Of a stretch of DNA of 52,152 nucleotides, positions 9,067 to 18,945 are shown one piece after another. A program made the position numbers and the translations under genes. The number at the start of each line of letters is the position of its first letter. Position 1 is the stretch's first letter. Source of the DNA: a virus. Taxonomy: Duplodnaviria; Caudoviricetes. The notes under the pieces were generated by a model that saw nothing but the letters and a program-made list of their open reading frames with translations, made no database searches and had not been told where the DNA came from. The DNA is taken from the IMG/VR virus record IMGVR_UViG_3300021197_001711, positions 1-52,152 of that record. One strand, given 5' to 3'.

Positions 9067-10704
9067 ATGCAACTATTCGGATTTGAAATAAAGAGAACTG
9101 CAGCTGAAGAAGCTGAGCAGCAAACTCTTCAAGCAATTGTGCCCAATAATCAGGAAGATGCGGTAGTTGATGTTGCGCCTGGAAGTGGTGGTTTTTATGG
9201 TTCTCATATGGATATGGAAGCCTCCGCAAAGACAGAGGCAGACCTAGTAACAAAGTATCGAGAAATGGCTTTGCAGCCAGAATGCGATCAAGCAGTTGAA
9301 GATATCATTAACGATGCAGTCATCATGGATGATAATGCTTATCCGGTTGAGCTTGTATTAGATGAATCCAACCTGCCAGCAAGAGTCAAGAAAATGGTTA
9401 GAGAAGAATTCAACAGTCTTCTTTACATGCTTGACTTCGGAAACAAAGGCTATGAGATATTCCGCAGATGGTATGTTGATGGAAGACTGTATTATCAAAT
9501 AGTTATCGATAAGAACAAGCCTCGTGAAGGTGTTAGGCAGCTTCGATATATTGATCCACGCAAGATTAGAAAAATGCGGTCTCAGAAAAAGAAGACCGAC
9601 AAAGCATCTGGCGCAGATCTTTATCCATCAAAGACTGAGTTCTATCTGTATAATCCAACAGGCTCAAATAACAATACTCAAGGTATTAAGATAGCGCCAG
9701 ATAGTATTTGCTACGTACCTTCAGGCCTGGTAGACTCAAGAAACAAAATGAATCTTGGCTACTTACACAAAGCAATCAAGCCTCTTAACCAACTTAGAAT
9801 GCTTGAAGACGCTGTTGTAATATATCGTCTATCACGTGCACCAGAACGAAGAATATTCTACATCGACGTAGGCAATCTGCCTAAGATGAAGGCTGAACAA
9901 TACCTACGTGACATGATGGTAAAGCATAAGAACAAATTAGTATACGATGCGTCCACTGGTGAAGTAAGAGACGACCGCAGGCATATGACTATGCTGGAAG
10001 ACTTCTGGTTGCCTCGTCGCGAAGGTGGACGTGGTACAGAGATTACAACATTGCCAGGTGGCCAAAACCTTGGCGAAATGGATGATGTTCTGTACTTCCA
10101 AAAGAAATTATACAAAGCGCTTAGCGTGCCTGTTAGTAGAATGGAAGCAGAAGTTAATTTCAACATCGGCCGCTCGACTGAAATCTCACGAGACGAAGTT
10201 AAGTTTCAAAAATTTGTGAACAGACTTAGAAATAAGTTTGCAGAACTATTCGACAATCTTCTCGAAATACATCTTGCACTAAAAGGCGTCATGACGCGGA
10301 GCGAGTGGAGAGAGGTCAGTAACAGTATTACATACGCTTTTGCTAACGACAATATGTTTCAAGAACTCAAACAGTCAGAGATCATGTCTGAGCGTTTGAG
10401 AGTTCTTGGCGAAGTTGATCCGCTTGTAGGTAAATACTTCTCGTTGAACTGGATTCGTAAGAATGTACTTCATATGACAGAAGACGAAATACTACAAATT
10501 CAAAAAGAGATGGAGCTTGAGCGTGACAATGAAGATGAAATGATTCCTTACGCGTCTGATCAAAACGAAGAAATAGAGCCTACCAATCCAATAGCGATTA
10601 CCGATAACACTCAAAGCAAATCCTTGTCTTCCGAAGAAAAAGGTTTAGTTGAAAGCATGACAAGATTCTACAACTCCCTCTCTAGCGAGTACGAAGAAGA
10701 TTGA
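9067..10704 (+). CDS. gp20: Portal protein gp20
   Basis: FRRWYVDGR, IYRLSRAPERRIFYIDVGNLP, EDFWLPRREGGRGTEITTLPG. Confidence 0.97.
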   Translation: MQLFGFEIKRTAAEEAEQQTLQAIVPNNQEDAVVDVAPGSGGFYGSHMDMEASAKTEADLVTKYREMALQPECDQAVEDIINDAVIMDDNAYPVELVLDESNLPARVKKMVREEFNSLLYMLDFGNKGYEIFRRWYVDGRLYYQIVIDKNKPREGVRQLRYIDPRKIRKMRSQKKKTDKASGADLYPSKTEFYLYNPTGSNNNTQGIKIAPDSICYVPSGLVDSRNKMNLGYLHKAIKPLNQLRMLEDAVVIYRLSRAPERRIFYIDVGNLPKMKAEQYLRDMMVKHKNKLVYDASTGEVRDDRRHMTMLEDFWLPRREGGRGTEITTLPGGQNLGEMDDVLYFQKKLYKALSVPVSRMEAEVNFNIGRSTEISRDEVKFQKFVNRLRNKFAELFDNLLEIHLALKGVMTRSEWREVSNSITYAFANDNMFQELKQSEIMSERLRVLGEVDPLVGKYFSLNWIRKNVLHMTEDEILQIQKEMELERDNEDEMIPYASDQNEEIEPTNPIAITDNTQSKSLSSEEKGLVESMTRFYNSLSSEYEED

Positions 10705-10708
10705 GAAA

Positions 10709-12298
10709 ATGGATCAACTGGATGAAGCCAAACTATTAGCAGCTCTTCTCGGTGTACTTAAAAAAGAAAACAGCAGAGTAAAAGACGAGCTACTAAAAGA
10801 AATATATGGAAGCCTCCAGAAGGACATCCAGGATCAAACTGGTGTCAAATATCTTGAGCTAGACGAAGTTGAAAACCCTGTACCCATCCAAGTTTTTAAA
10901 GGTGAGAAGGGTGCTGAAGGTCCGCAAGGTAAGCGGGGTCTAAAAGGTGCAAGAGGTGATGTAGGTCCTAAAGGAGAGCGAGGAGCTCTGGGCCCTCGAG
11001 GAGATGTCGGTCCTTTGGGTCCAATGGGACCCCAGGGTATTCGTGGTGTTGCAGGTGAACAGGGCCCAGCTGGTAAAGACGGTGCTGATGGTATAGATGG
11101 TAACACACCTGACATTAAGCCGCTCGAGGATAAGTTTACCAGACTCTTCAACGAATTCAAAGGTTCTGTATCCGCCCAAGTCACTCGAATGGCCTATGCA
11201 AAGAGTCCTACTTCTGGAGGCAGTTTTGCAGGTTCAGGTGAAGTAAATTTATTACGACTGGATGACGTTGACACAACCAGTCTTGCTGATGGTAAATTTT
11301 TAAGATATAATGCTACCTCTGGTAAACTTGAATTCGTAGAGGGTTCGGGTTCTGCTGATCTATCGAGTTACGATGGTCACATAATACCAGGGGCAAACAA
11401 TACATACGATCTTGGTTCAGCTCAGCGTCAATGGCGTGATCTGTATTTGAGTGGCACGTCCCTTTTTATTAATGGTGTGCCTGCGATACAGCAAGATCCT
11501 GAAACAGGTAATATCGTATTATCTGCAAATACTGTTATACAAACAGCAAACGGTGTAAACAATCCTGTAGCATCGCAACCAAACTTAGACGTCTATCTTG
11601 AAGTTGCTAACGTATCTTCAATAATGACCTCGCGACTTGAGCCTTATCTTAAAGTAGCAAACAGTACCAACTTTGCAACAACTTCAGACCTCAATAACTA
11701 TCTTCAAGTAGCAAACAACTTCAGTGGTGCATATGGTGATCTGACTGGTAGACCTAGCTTAGATGTATATGCATCCAACACCGCCTTGCAATTAAAGGCT
11801 GATGCAGCTGACCTGGGTCAATACTTACAGGTAGCAAATAACAAAACAATTGTTGCTGGTAATAATGTTTCACTTACAACTAATGCAACGTCTATTGTAA
11901 TAAACAGTACAGGAGGCGGTGGCGGAGGTGGTGGAGATCTTGATCAGTATCTACAAGTTGCCAATGCAACATCGTTATTATCTAACAAAGCTGATACAGC
12001 ATTATTAAATGACTATCTACAAGTTGCCAATACGGCTAATCTGATAACTAGCGTACAAAACCAAGGTGCTGGTCAACCACTAGTCAAGAGTAACATAAAT
12101 AATATACTGACCTTAAATACATTGAAGGCCGGTCCCAATATCACCATAGAAGAAAACAGTGATGGTGAGATAGTAATTTCAGCGACAGGAGAACTCTCCG
12201 TCTCTGATTCAATTGATTTTGGTTTTGTTAATAACGATTTCGGATCCATTGCTGATGCAGCAGAATCCGATCCTCAATTCGATTTCGGAACACTATAA
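10709..12298 (+). CDS. Collagen-like fibre protein with YLQVAN repeats
   Basis: 23 consecutive Gly-X-Y triplets, six YL(Q/E/K)VAN repeats, three C-terminal DFG motifs. Confidence 0.8.
   Translation: MDQLDEAKLLAALLGVLKKENSRVKDELLKEIYGSLQKDIQDQTGVKYLELDEVENPVPIQVFKGEKGAEGPQGKRGLKGARGDVGPKGERGALGPRGDVGPLGPMGPQGIRGVAGEQGPAGKDGADGIDGNTPDIKPLEDKFTRLFNEFKGSVSAQVTRMAYAKSPTSGGSFAGSGEVNLLRLDDVDTTSLADGKFLRYNATSGKLEFVEGSGSADLSSYDGHIIPGANNTYDLGSAQRQWRDLYLSGTSLFINGVPAIQQDPETGNIVLSANTVIQTANGVNNPVASQPNLDVYLEVANVSSIMTSRLEPYLKVANSTNFATTSDLNNYLQVANNFSGAYGDLTGRPSLDVYASNTALQLKADAADLGQYLQVANNKTIVAGNNVSLTTNATSIVINSTGGGGGGGGDLDQYLQVANATSLLSNKADTALLNDYLQVANTANLITSVQNQGAGQPLVKSNINNILTLNTLKAGPNITIEENSDGEIVISATGELSVSDSIDFGFVNNDFGSIADAAESDPQFDFGTL
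10901..11107 (+). repeat. Collagen Gly-X-Y repeat region
   Basis: GEK-GAE-GPQ...GID-GNT, 23 triplets counted from the translation. Confidence 0.9.
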
Positions 12299-12301
12299 TA
12301 A

Positions 12302-15300
12302 ATGGCTGTTGAAGTAAAACTCAGACGCGGTACCGCCAATCAGCACTCGACTTTTACGGGTGCAATTGGCGAAGTGACTGTCGACATTACTAACGATACC
12401 CTGCGCGTACATGACGGGGCATTGGTTGGTGGCCATCGTTTAGCCAAGCATAGCGATATTGGCTCTGCTGGTGCAAACACTGGTATGGAGCTTACGCTCG
12501 ATACCCCAACTGATGGAAGTTTAACAAATTCAGCAGCATATCAAAATTTTACTACAGGCACAAAAGTTACCGATGCGATCGATGTTCTCAATCAAGTTAT
12601 TGATAATGTTCGCAACAATACTTTCATCAAGTCTGTATCGTTTACAGCAAATACAACATCTCTCGGTGCTGGAGGAATGGTATTCTTTCAATTCACACCA
12701 GATGGGACTGCCAATCAATATGAGATTGATTTCGGTGATGGATCAGCTAATTCAACTCTATCCACTTCAACGATAGCTCACACGTACTCCACTAACAGTG
12801 GTTCACCGTTTACCGTATCGCTGACTGCAAGAAACACCGGTGGGTCTGGTGAAGGTAGTGAGGTTACTTTTTCGAGAAGTAACTATATAACCATTTTTAC
12901 TGCTGACCCCAATATGGCGTTTGGTATATACGGTGCATCATCAGGTGGATCTACTATATCCTTTGTTGATGATGGAACCCCAGTATACCTTAAGAACGAT
13001 TCGACTGATATCGGTAGTGCAACAGTACAGTACACGGTGGATTGGGGTGACAGCAGTGCCAACAATACAATCACTGACGACACAGCAAATGGTGGATCAG
13101 CTGGTGGTAGACTTGCTCATACGTTTACAACCAGCACAGAGCGAGAACAAACGTACACGGTAACGACAACATTAGATTCGCACTCGACAGCCAATCCAAG
13201 CGTAATACCCGATTCAGCAACTGCACAGATCAAAGTATATGATACTCATACGCCTGAGGTTGTATTAGATGCAAATACAGGTATCAATACCAGCAGTGGT
13301 GTAACGGTAACTGCAACAAACAATACTGAAAACACAATAGGTAGTTATGCTGCTTATGGAATCCAGTATCTGTGGACTTGGGGTGATGGCGACACAAATA
13401 CGGTGAACACAGGTTCAGGTAGTGCAGGTGATACTGGTGGTAATATAACACATAACTACTCATTGTCAAATTCACAACAGAATGCTGGTACCGCAGTCGA
13501 CTATGTTGGTAATCTCAGAGTAACGAGCAACCACACTTCTAGTCCGTTTATTAGTACCAACTTTGTCGTGCATGTGGAGCCCGAGCTTAGAGCTGCCATA
13601 GGCGTTGATTCAACAACAAGTGCTTTGAAAGCGTCTAATGATTCTTCCAATGTACTTTATAAAGAATTGGACCTGAGTGGTGCAAACAGAGCAATAGCAA
13701 GTGTCACTAACACTACACAACATGGCAACACATATGTTTATGCCTGGGGTGACAGTACTACAAATTCTGTTACAGAAGCGGGATCGCCAGCTGGTAGTGT
13801 TTCAGGCTCAGCCATAACGCATGACTATCAGTCTGCTTCTGTTGGTACCTATAGCATAACACTAACTGCAAATGGACAACCAGATAGATCTGGTCAAACA
13901 GCCTCCGCATCATCCTCAGTGGTATTGAAGAACATTCCTTCAGCCCCTGCTGGACTAAGTTCCAAATCTATAACGCTATCGCAATCTGCTCAGGGCACCA
14001 GTAAACTTGCTTCGGGATTTGTTGACAATACTGGTGGTCTTATTACTGCTGGCTCTAGTTTAAATACAAACACAGCAAGAAGGTATACATCTACAACTAC
14101 CATAACATCTAGTACTGTTTCTAATGTTTACGATTCAAGCACAGGAACATTATCAGCAATTTGGAATGGTTCAGCAGCAGGAGCTCAGGCTTTCAGTACA
14201 GCTACTGGTCAAACTGGTACCAATAATAACTTGCAGATCACATCAGAAGGTGATGCATACAACGAAATAGCTACTACGTATCCGCAGAACTACTATCAGG
14301 TTTTTACTGCTAATTTTACCAGAGATATTGATGGTGAGTCCGCTGGTGCAAACTATGCAAGACTTAGTCACTCAACTACTGGTGATACAAACAATGTTTT
14401 TATAGTTAAGGATACGGTAACCGCTTCTCCAACTCTTAATATAGGAAGTGCAACTCTCGCTGAGCAAACGGCCGGCTCTTATCGGTACGTGTCTGGTATA
14501 CCTTATTATAATACTGGCTCACCAAAACTCAGACTTACAGGTGCGACTGTAGATAACTTGGTTGGACAAGCATATCTCGATAGTTCAAATATTGTAAGAA
14601 TAATGAATGGAAGCAATGATGAGGGAACATCAGATTCTGTAGTATCAACACATTACAGAGGATACAGCGACATAGATGGCGACTCCACAATGCTGTCGAG
14701 TGGTGTACCAATAGCTAACACAGGTGTGGGCAACGCTTATCCATTAGGTAACATTATTGCCGATATAACATCATCATCTGTTGCAGCTGTAGAGACTATC
14801 AGATTCGATATAACGAATGTTAACGGTACGAGTAGTAATGTCGAGCCATCTACTAAGATACAGGTTCATACGGCGTCTCCTACGTTTAACGAGGCGGCCA
14901 TACCAGTGGCAGATAGTCTTGGTTCAACGTTTGATACCGATGGCGTACGTATTACCGGTTTGACCGGAGCTACTCCTTCTTTTAGTAGCTCGACTGATTA
15001 TTACGTAGATAATGCGTGGTCTGGTGCAGAAACTGTTGCCGGTACCGATGAAGCTATAGTAAGATTTAATACATTAAAACATTATAGTACTAACCTGTCT
15101 TCTGGTTACTTACCAGTAGGCCCTGATCTCAATACAGGCAGATCTGGTGCTCAGTACTTTAGATTTGCTTTTAAACGAACACTGGTAGCCAACTTTAAGA
15201 TAAGGCTTACAGGAACAGTCTCTGGACTCTTTATAGCAGCTCCTGGAACTGCAATTGATTCTGCATCAACTCTTAACGGTTGGTTAGATACATCTATACA

Positions 15301-15535
15301 GTTCGCGGGGTCAGGTGTTCCAGGTGGCAATACAGGTAATGGAGGTAATGGATCAAACGGATGCGCTTCAACAGGTTCTGATATTATAGCAGACGGACAG
15401 AGTTATTCTAATCAGGCGTTCACCATGACGCTTGGATCTGAAAACTTATCCAATGCACATAATAATCAATTGTTAATTGCTGTCAAGTTAGAAAGCGGTG
15501 ACTCTTTAACATCACTGTCGATAGAGGCTGCATAA
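12302..15535 (+). CDS. Large virion protein: Mtd_N-like N-terminus plus four PKD/Ig-like domains
   Basis: VKLRRGT..HSTFTGAIGEVTVD..LRVHDG N-terminus; PKD-like cores IDFGDG, VDWGD, WTWGDG, YAWGD; S/T/G-rich. Confidence 0.75.
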   Translation: MAVEVKLRRGTANQHSTFTGAIGEVTVDITNDTLRVHDGALVGGHRLAKHSDIGSAGANTGMELTLDTPTDGSLTNSAAYQNFTTGTKVTDAIDVLNQVIDNVRNNTFIKSVSFTANTTSLGAGGMVFFQFTPDGTANQYEIDFGDGSANSTLSTSTIAHTYSTNSGSPFTVSLTARNTGGSGEGSEVTFSRSNYITIFTADPNMAFGIYGASSGGSTISFVDDGTPVYLKNDSTDIGSATVQYTVDWGDSSANNTITDDTANGGSAGGRLAHTFTTSTEREQTYTVTTTLDSHSTANPSVIPDSATAQIKVYDTHTPEVVLDANTGINTSSGVTVTATNNTENTIGSYAAYGIQYLWTWGDGDTNTVNTGSGSAGDTGGNITHNYSLSNSQQNAGTAVDYVGNLRVTSNHTSSPFISTNFVVHVEPELRAAIGVDSTTSALKASNDSSNVLYKELDLSGANRAIASVTNTTQHGNTYVYAWGDSTTNSVTEAGSPAGSVSGSAITHDYQSASVGTYSITLTANGQPDRSGQTASASSSVVLKNIPSAPAGLSSKSITLSQSAQGTSKLASGFVDNTGGLITAGSSLNTNTARRYTSTTTITSSTVSNVYDSSTGTLSAIWNGSAAGAQAFSTATGQTGTNNNLQITSEGDAYNEIATTYPQNYYQVFTANFTRDIDGESAGANYARLSHSTTGDTNNVFIVKDTVTASPTLNIGSATLAEQTAGSYRYVSGIPYYNTGSPKLRLTGATVDNLVGQAYLDSSNIVRIMNGSNDEGTSDSVVSTHYRGYSDIDGDSTMLSSGVPIANTGVGNAYPLGNIIADITSSSVAAVETIRFDITNVNGTSSNVEPSTKIQVHTASPTFNEAAIPVADSLGSTFDTDGVRITGLTGATPSFSSSTDYYVDNAWSGAETVAGTDEAIVRFNTLKHYSTNLSSGYLPVGPDLNTGRSGAQYFRFAFKRTLVANFKIRLTGTVSGLFIAAPGTAIDSASTLNGWLDTSIQFAGSGVPGGNTGNGGNGSNGCASTGSDIIADGQSYSNQAFTMTLGSENLSNAHNNQLLIAVKLESGDSLTSLSIEAA

Positions 15536-16327
15536 ATGGCAATTTCAGACGATCAAAAACTTGACTATCTTTGGAAGAAACTTGGGTACGGTGTATCCAA
15601 GACTGACGTCAATAGTAACAAAGGTGCCATCAACGAATCTTTGCCTAGTCCTCTTTTACTGCGGGGCGACAAAGTTTGGAGAGAAGCTGCTTCGATACCT
15701 GCAGCTATGCCTGGTTCAAGTGCTGGTGTAGTTACAGTATATCCTACTTCGGCACCTGACGAAACAACAGCTGATAATACAGCTACAGCAAATAGAACAT
15801 GGAAGACGGGTCTAACAGATTGGATACCGCCTGAGATAGGAAGCTCATATCAAGTTAAAGTATACGTACACACTTCTGGTGATGCAAGCAATGCAGCGTC
15901 AAGTGGTACTCAATTGTTCGCAGCTGGTTCTGGTAACAATGATGAGTGGTTTTTTGACTACCAATCAGGTATACTTAACTTTATAGGTACAAACTTACCC
16001 AACGGTATTAATTTTAGTGGTAAAAGTATCTATATATCGGGGGCAAGATATACAGGTACATTCGGTGTAGCAGCCTCTTCAAATGTAAGTGCTATACTAA
16101 GCAATGCTACATTAACAGGCAACACAACTATATCGACGTTAATATTGAGCAACGTCCTAGGCACTCAATATGGTGGCACTGGTCTTTCATCGTTCACAGA
16201 GAACGGTGTAATGATTGCTTCCAATACGTCAACGTTGGGATTTGCAACAGGAACCTCTGGCGAAGTTCTTCAAGTAAGATCTGATGGTGTACCGACATTT
16301 GATGACCTGGATGGTGGCAATTTCTAG
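15536..16327 (+). CDS. Virion structural/fibre adaptor protein
   Basis: Abuts the upstream stop; EWFFDYQSGILNF; YGGTG fibre motif; ends LDGGNF. Confidence 0.7.
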   Translation: MAISDDQKLDYLWKKLGYGVSKTDVNSNKGAINESLPSPLLLRGDKVWREAASIPAAMPGSSAGVVTVYPTSAPDETTADNTATANRTWKTGLTDWIPPEIGSSYQVKVYVHTSGDASNAASSGTQLFAAGSGNNDEWFFDYQSGILNFIGTNLPNGINFSGKSIYISGARYTGTFGVAASSNVSAILSNATLTGNTTISTLILSNVLGTQYGGTGLSSFTENGVMIASNTSTLGFATGTSGEVLQVRSDGVPTFDDLDGGNF

Positions 16328-16560
16328 TGAATGAGAACGAAAAGATTTTAGAAATTTATATACAGCAACAACAAGAAAAAATTAATGAGCTGACACAGCA
16401 GTTATTAATGGCATCAACTCGTAATAAATATCTCGAAGAACAGCTAAATAGTGTTAGCGCTAAACTCGAAACATACGATACTATAAATAGAAAAAAAGCG
16501 AATGAAGTGAAAGGCTTCAATCTCAATCTTAGCAAGAAAAAACAACACCCTGAACGATAA
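16327..16560 (+). CDS. Small coiled-coil protein (possible fibre chaperone)
   Basis: GTG start overlapping the upstream TAG; Q/E/K heptad pattern. Confidence 0.6.
   Translation: MNENEKILEIYIQQQQEKINELTQQLLMASTRNKYLEEQLNSVSAKLETYDTINRKKANEVKGFNLNLSKKKQHPER
16482..16489 (+). promoter_or_regulatory. Internal T4-type late promoter for ORF 16601
   Basis: TATAAATA inside the 77-aa ORF, ~110 nt before the next ATG. Confidence 0.6.
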
Positions 16561-16600
16561 ACCCAACCTTTAATTCTATCCATTAACGAGGAAAATAATA

Positions 16601-18130
16601 ATGGCTTCAGTAATTAAACTCAAAAGGAGCGCAGTCTCCGGATCCGTCCCTAGCTCGCTAGCGGCCGGTGAGCTTGCAATTAATACAGCGGATAAGAAGC
16701 TGTTTTCATCAGACGGTTCTTCCGTCTTTAACGTAGCTGGTGATCTGTATAATGCAGTGACTCAAGCTAACTCTGGCACAGGCGGTGCTGACATCGTATT
16801 GACTGTAGATAATGAATCTCTGTCAAACGATGCCATTGAACTTGTTGGTGGTACAGGTATTACTGTTTCACGAAATGCAAACGGTGCAATTATTGTAACA
16901 ACAGATGGTGGCGGTAACGCTGCTGGTCTGACTGGTGCTGTTACTGTTGCATTGGCTGGTGACGTTACGGGTTCTGCTACATTCCAGAATGCTGGCGACA
17001 CTGCTACAATTACTACAACTATCGCAGATAACAGCCTTGTGTTGGGTACTGCTACTACTGGTGACTATGTTGCAAGTCTTGTAGCTGGTACAGACATGGT
17101 TATCACCAACAACTCTGGTGAAACTGCTACTCCTACTATTGCATTGAACAACGGTATTAGTGCTAATACATCTGGTAACGCTGGTACTGCTACTGCATTG
17201 CAAAATGCTCGTACAATTGGTGGTGTATCATTTGATGGTACTTCAAACATCAACCTTCCTGGTGTTAACACTGCTGGTAACCAAGATACTTCAGGTAATG
17301 CAGCAACAGCTACTAAATTGGCATCTTCTGTTAACATTGGTGGTACAGCGTTTGATGGTACTATTAATATTAACTTGGCTGGTGTTAACATTGCTGGTAC
17401 CCAGGATACGTCTGGTAATGCAGCAACAGCTACTGCACTAGCAACTGCTCGTAGTATTGGTGGCGTATCTTTTGATGGTACTGCTGATATTAACCTCCCA
17501 GGTGTTAACGCAACTGGTAACCAGAACACGACTGGTACTGCTGCTGCTTTGACAACAGCTCGTACAATCGCGCTTGCTGGTGACCAGGTTGGTTCTGCAT
17601 CGTTTGATGGTACTGGTAACATTTCCATTACAACACAAACACAAAACAATAGTGTTGATTTGGGTGCTCACACAACTGGTAACTACGTTGCTACTGTAAC
17701 TGGTACAGCTAATGAAATCGAAGTATCTGGTTCTGGTTCAGAGACTGCTGGCGTACAGATTGGCTTGCCAAGTGATGTTACGATTGGTAACGACTTGGTT
17801 GTTTCTGGCGACACTTCATTGACTGGTGGCTTGACAGTTGGCGGTAACTTAGAAGTTAACGGTACTCTGACATACATCGATTCAACTACAGTAACGATTG
17901 GCGATAACATGCTTAAGCTCGCCAATACCAACATTGCTGATACACTTGATACTGGTTTTTACGTACAGTACAACGATGGTGCCAAGAAGTTTGCCGGCCT
18001 GGTTCGTGACGCTACCGATGGTTCTTTCACGTTGTTTGAAGAGCTTTCAGCTGAACCCAATCAGCAGATCAACTTCAGTAATACAACCACAGCAACCCTC
18101 AACGCTAACATTGATGGCGGAACCTACTAA
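16601..18130 (+). CDS. Fibre protein with 40-aa repeats
   Basis: IKLKRS..GELAINT N-domain; repeats ARTIGGVSFDGT.NINLPGVN; ends IDGGTY. Confidence 0.8.
   Translation: MASVIKLKRSAVSGSVPSSLAAGELAINTADKKLFSSDGSSVFNVAGDLYNAVTQANSGTGGADIVLTVDNESLSNDAIELVGGTGITVSRNANGAIIVTTDGGGNAAGLTGAVTVALAGDVTGSATFQNAGDTATITTTIADNSLVLGTATTGDYVASLVAGTDMVITNNSGETATPTIALNNGISANTSGNAGTATALQNARTIGGVSFDGTSNINLPGVNTAGNQDTSGNAATATKLASSVNIGGTAFDGTININLAGVNIAGTQDTSGNAATATALATARSIGGVSFDGTADINLPGVNATGNQNTTGTAAALTTARTIALAGDQVGSASFDGTGNISITTQTQNNSVDLGAHTTGNYVATVTGTANEIEVSGSGSETAGVQIGLPSDVTIGNDLVVSGDTSLTGGLTVGGNLEVNGTLTYIDSTTVTIGDNMLKLANTNIADTLDTGFYVQYNDGAKKFAGLVRDATDGSFTLFEELSAEPNQQINFSNTTTATLNANIDGGTY
17171..17530 (+). repeat. 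Three degenerate 120-bp (40-aa) tandem repeats
   Basis: Units start TC(T/A)GGTAA at 17171, 17291 and 17411; a partial fourth follows. Confidence 0.85.
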
Positions 18131-18148
18131 TAGGTATCTAATGATGGT

Positions 18149-18170
18149 ACGGGGCTTCGGCCCCGTTCTT
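18149..18170 (+). terminator. UUCG hairpin terminator (weak U tract)
   Basis: ACGGGGC-TTCG-GCCCCGT then TCTT. Confidence 0.7.
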
Positions 18171-18200
18171 ACATAAACATCAAAATAGGAAGAGATAACT

Positions 18201-18839
18201 GTGGCATCAATAATTAGGTTAAAGAGAAATAACTCGGCCGGTAATGCGCCATCTTCACTAGTAGCTGGTGAAGTAGCGCTTAATACCAACGACAAACGTC
18301 TTTACTCTTCTGATGGTTCCGCTATATTTGAAGTGGGTATTAACCCTCATCAGTTATCTGTTGGTACTGGTGGGTTATCTGTTGGTAATGGTGCGTTCTC
18401 GCTACCATCTGCTGACGGTTCATCTAATCAAATATTACAAACAGACGGATCTGGTAATGTTACTTGGCAGACATTCTTTCCTGCTAGTAACACAGTAACT
18501 ATTCAGACGAGTACAGTTGTAGCAGATGTGACGACTCAAATGAGCTCGTTGACATCTGAATCTAAAGTTGTTGCAAATCCACAAGGTTTCATTTCATTAA
18601 CTTCGCAGAACAATGATACGATAAAATTACCGTATTTTGGTCCAGAACTTGATGGTGTTCCTGTATACATTGATTTACGTAACGTAGGTAACGTAACGAA
18701 TGCATATTTGCAAACAACTTTTCAAACCAAAGCACAAGCATTAACAGCTAATAATGCAGTTAATAATCTTGTTCTTGACAGAGTACAAGTAGCTAACTTG
18801 AATTCAAGTCTTGCTACATTAGACGGTGGTACTTTCTAA
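18201..18839 (+). CDS. Short fibre protein, paralogous N-domain
   Basis: GTG start; IRLKRN..GEVALNTNDKRLYSS; DGSSNQILQTDGSGN motif; ends LDGGTF. Confidence 0.75.
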   Translation: MASIIRLKRNNSAGNAPSSLVAGEVALNTNDKRLYSSDGSAIFEVGINPHQLSVGTGGLSVGNGAFSLPSADGSSNQILQTDGSGNVTWQTFFPASNTVTIQTSTVVADVTTQMSSLTSESKVVANPQGFISLTSQNNDTIKLPYFGPELDGVPVYIDLRNVGNVTNAYLQTTFQTKAQALTANNAVNNLVLDRVQVANLNSSLATLDGGTF

Positions 18840-18866
18840 AAGAAAGTAGTACAATAACTATGTGAC

Positions 18867-18891
18867 GGGGGACGTTCGCGTCCCCCTTTTT
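18867..18891 (+). terminator. Rho-independent terminator
   Basis: GGGGGACG-TTCG-CGTCCCCC-TTTTT. Confidence 0.85.
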
Positions 18892-18945
18892 GATTAACTT
18901 GTGTATATACATGAGTGATTTCTCTATATAGAGGTTAAGTATAGC

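Noticed and set aside
10702-10711. Read-through fusion of portal and collagen protein
   Set aside because: The genes are in different frames and I see no slippery sequence or stimulatory structure.
17171-17530. Direct repeats as a CRISPR array or DGR template/variable repeat
   Set aside because: In-frame 120-bp coding repeats diverging largely at synonymous sites; no spacers, no adenine-specific pattern and no reverse transcriptase in the window despite the Mtd_N-like domains.
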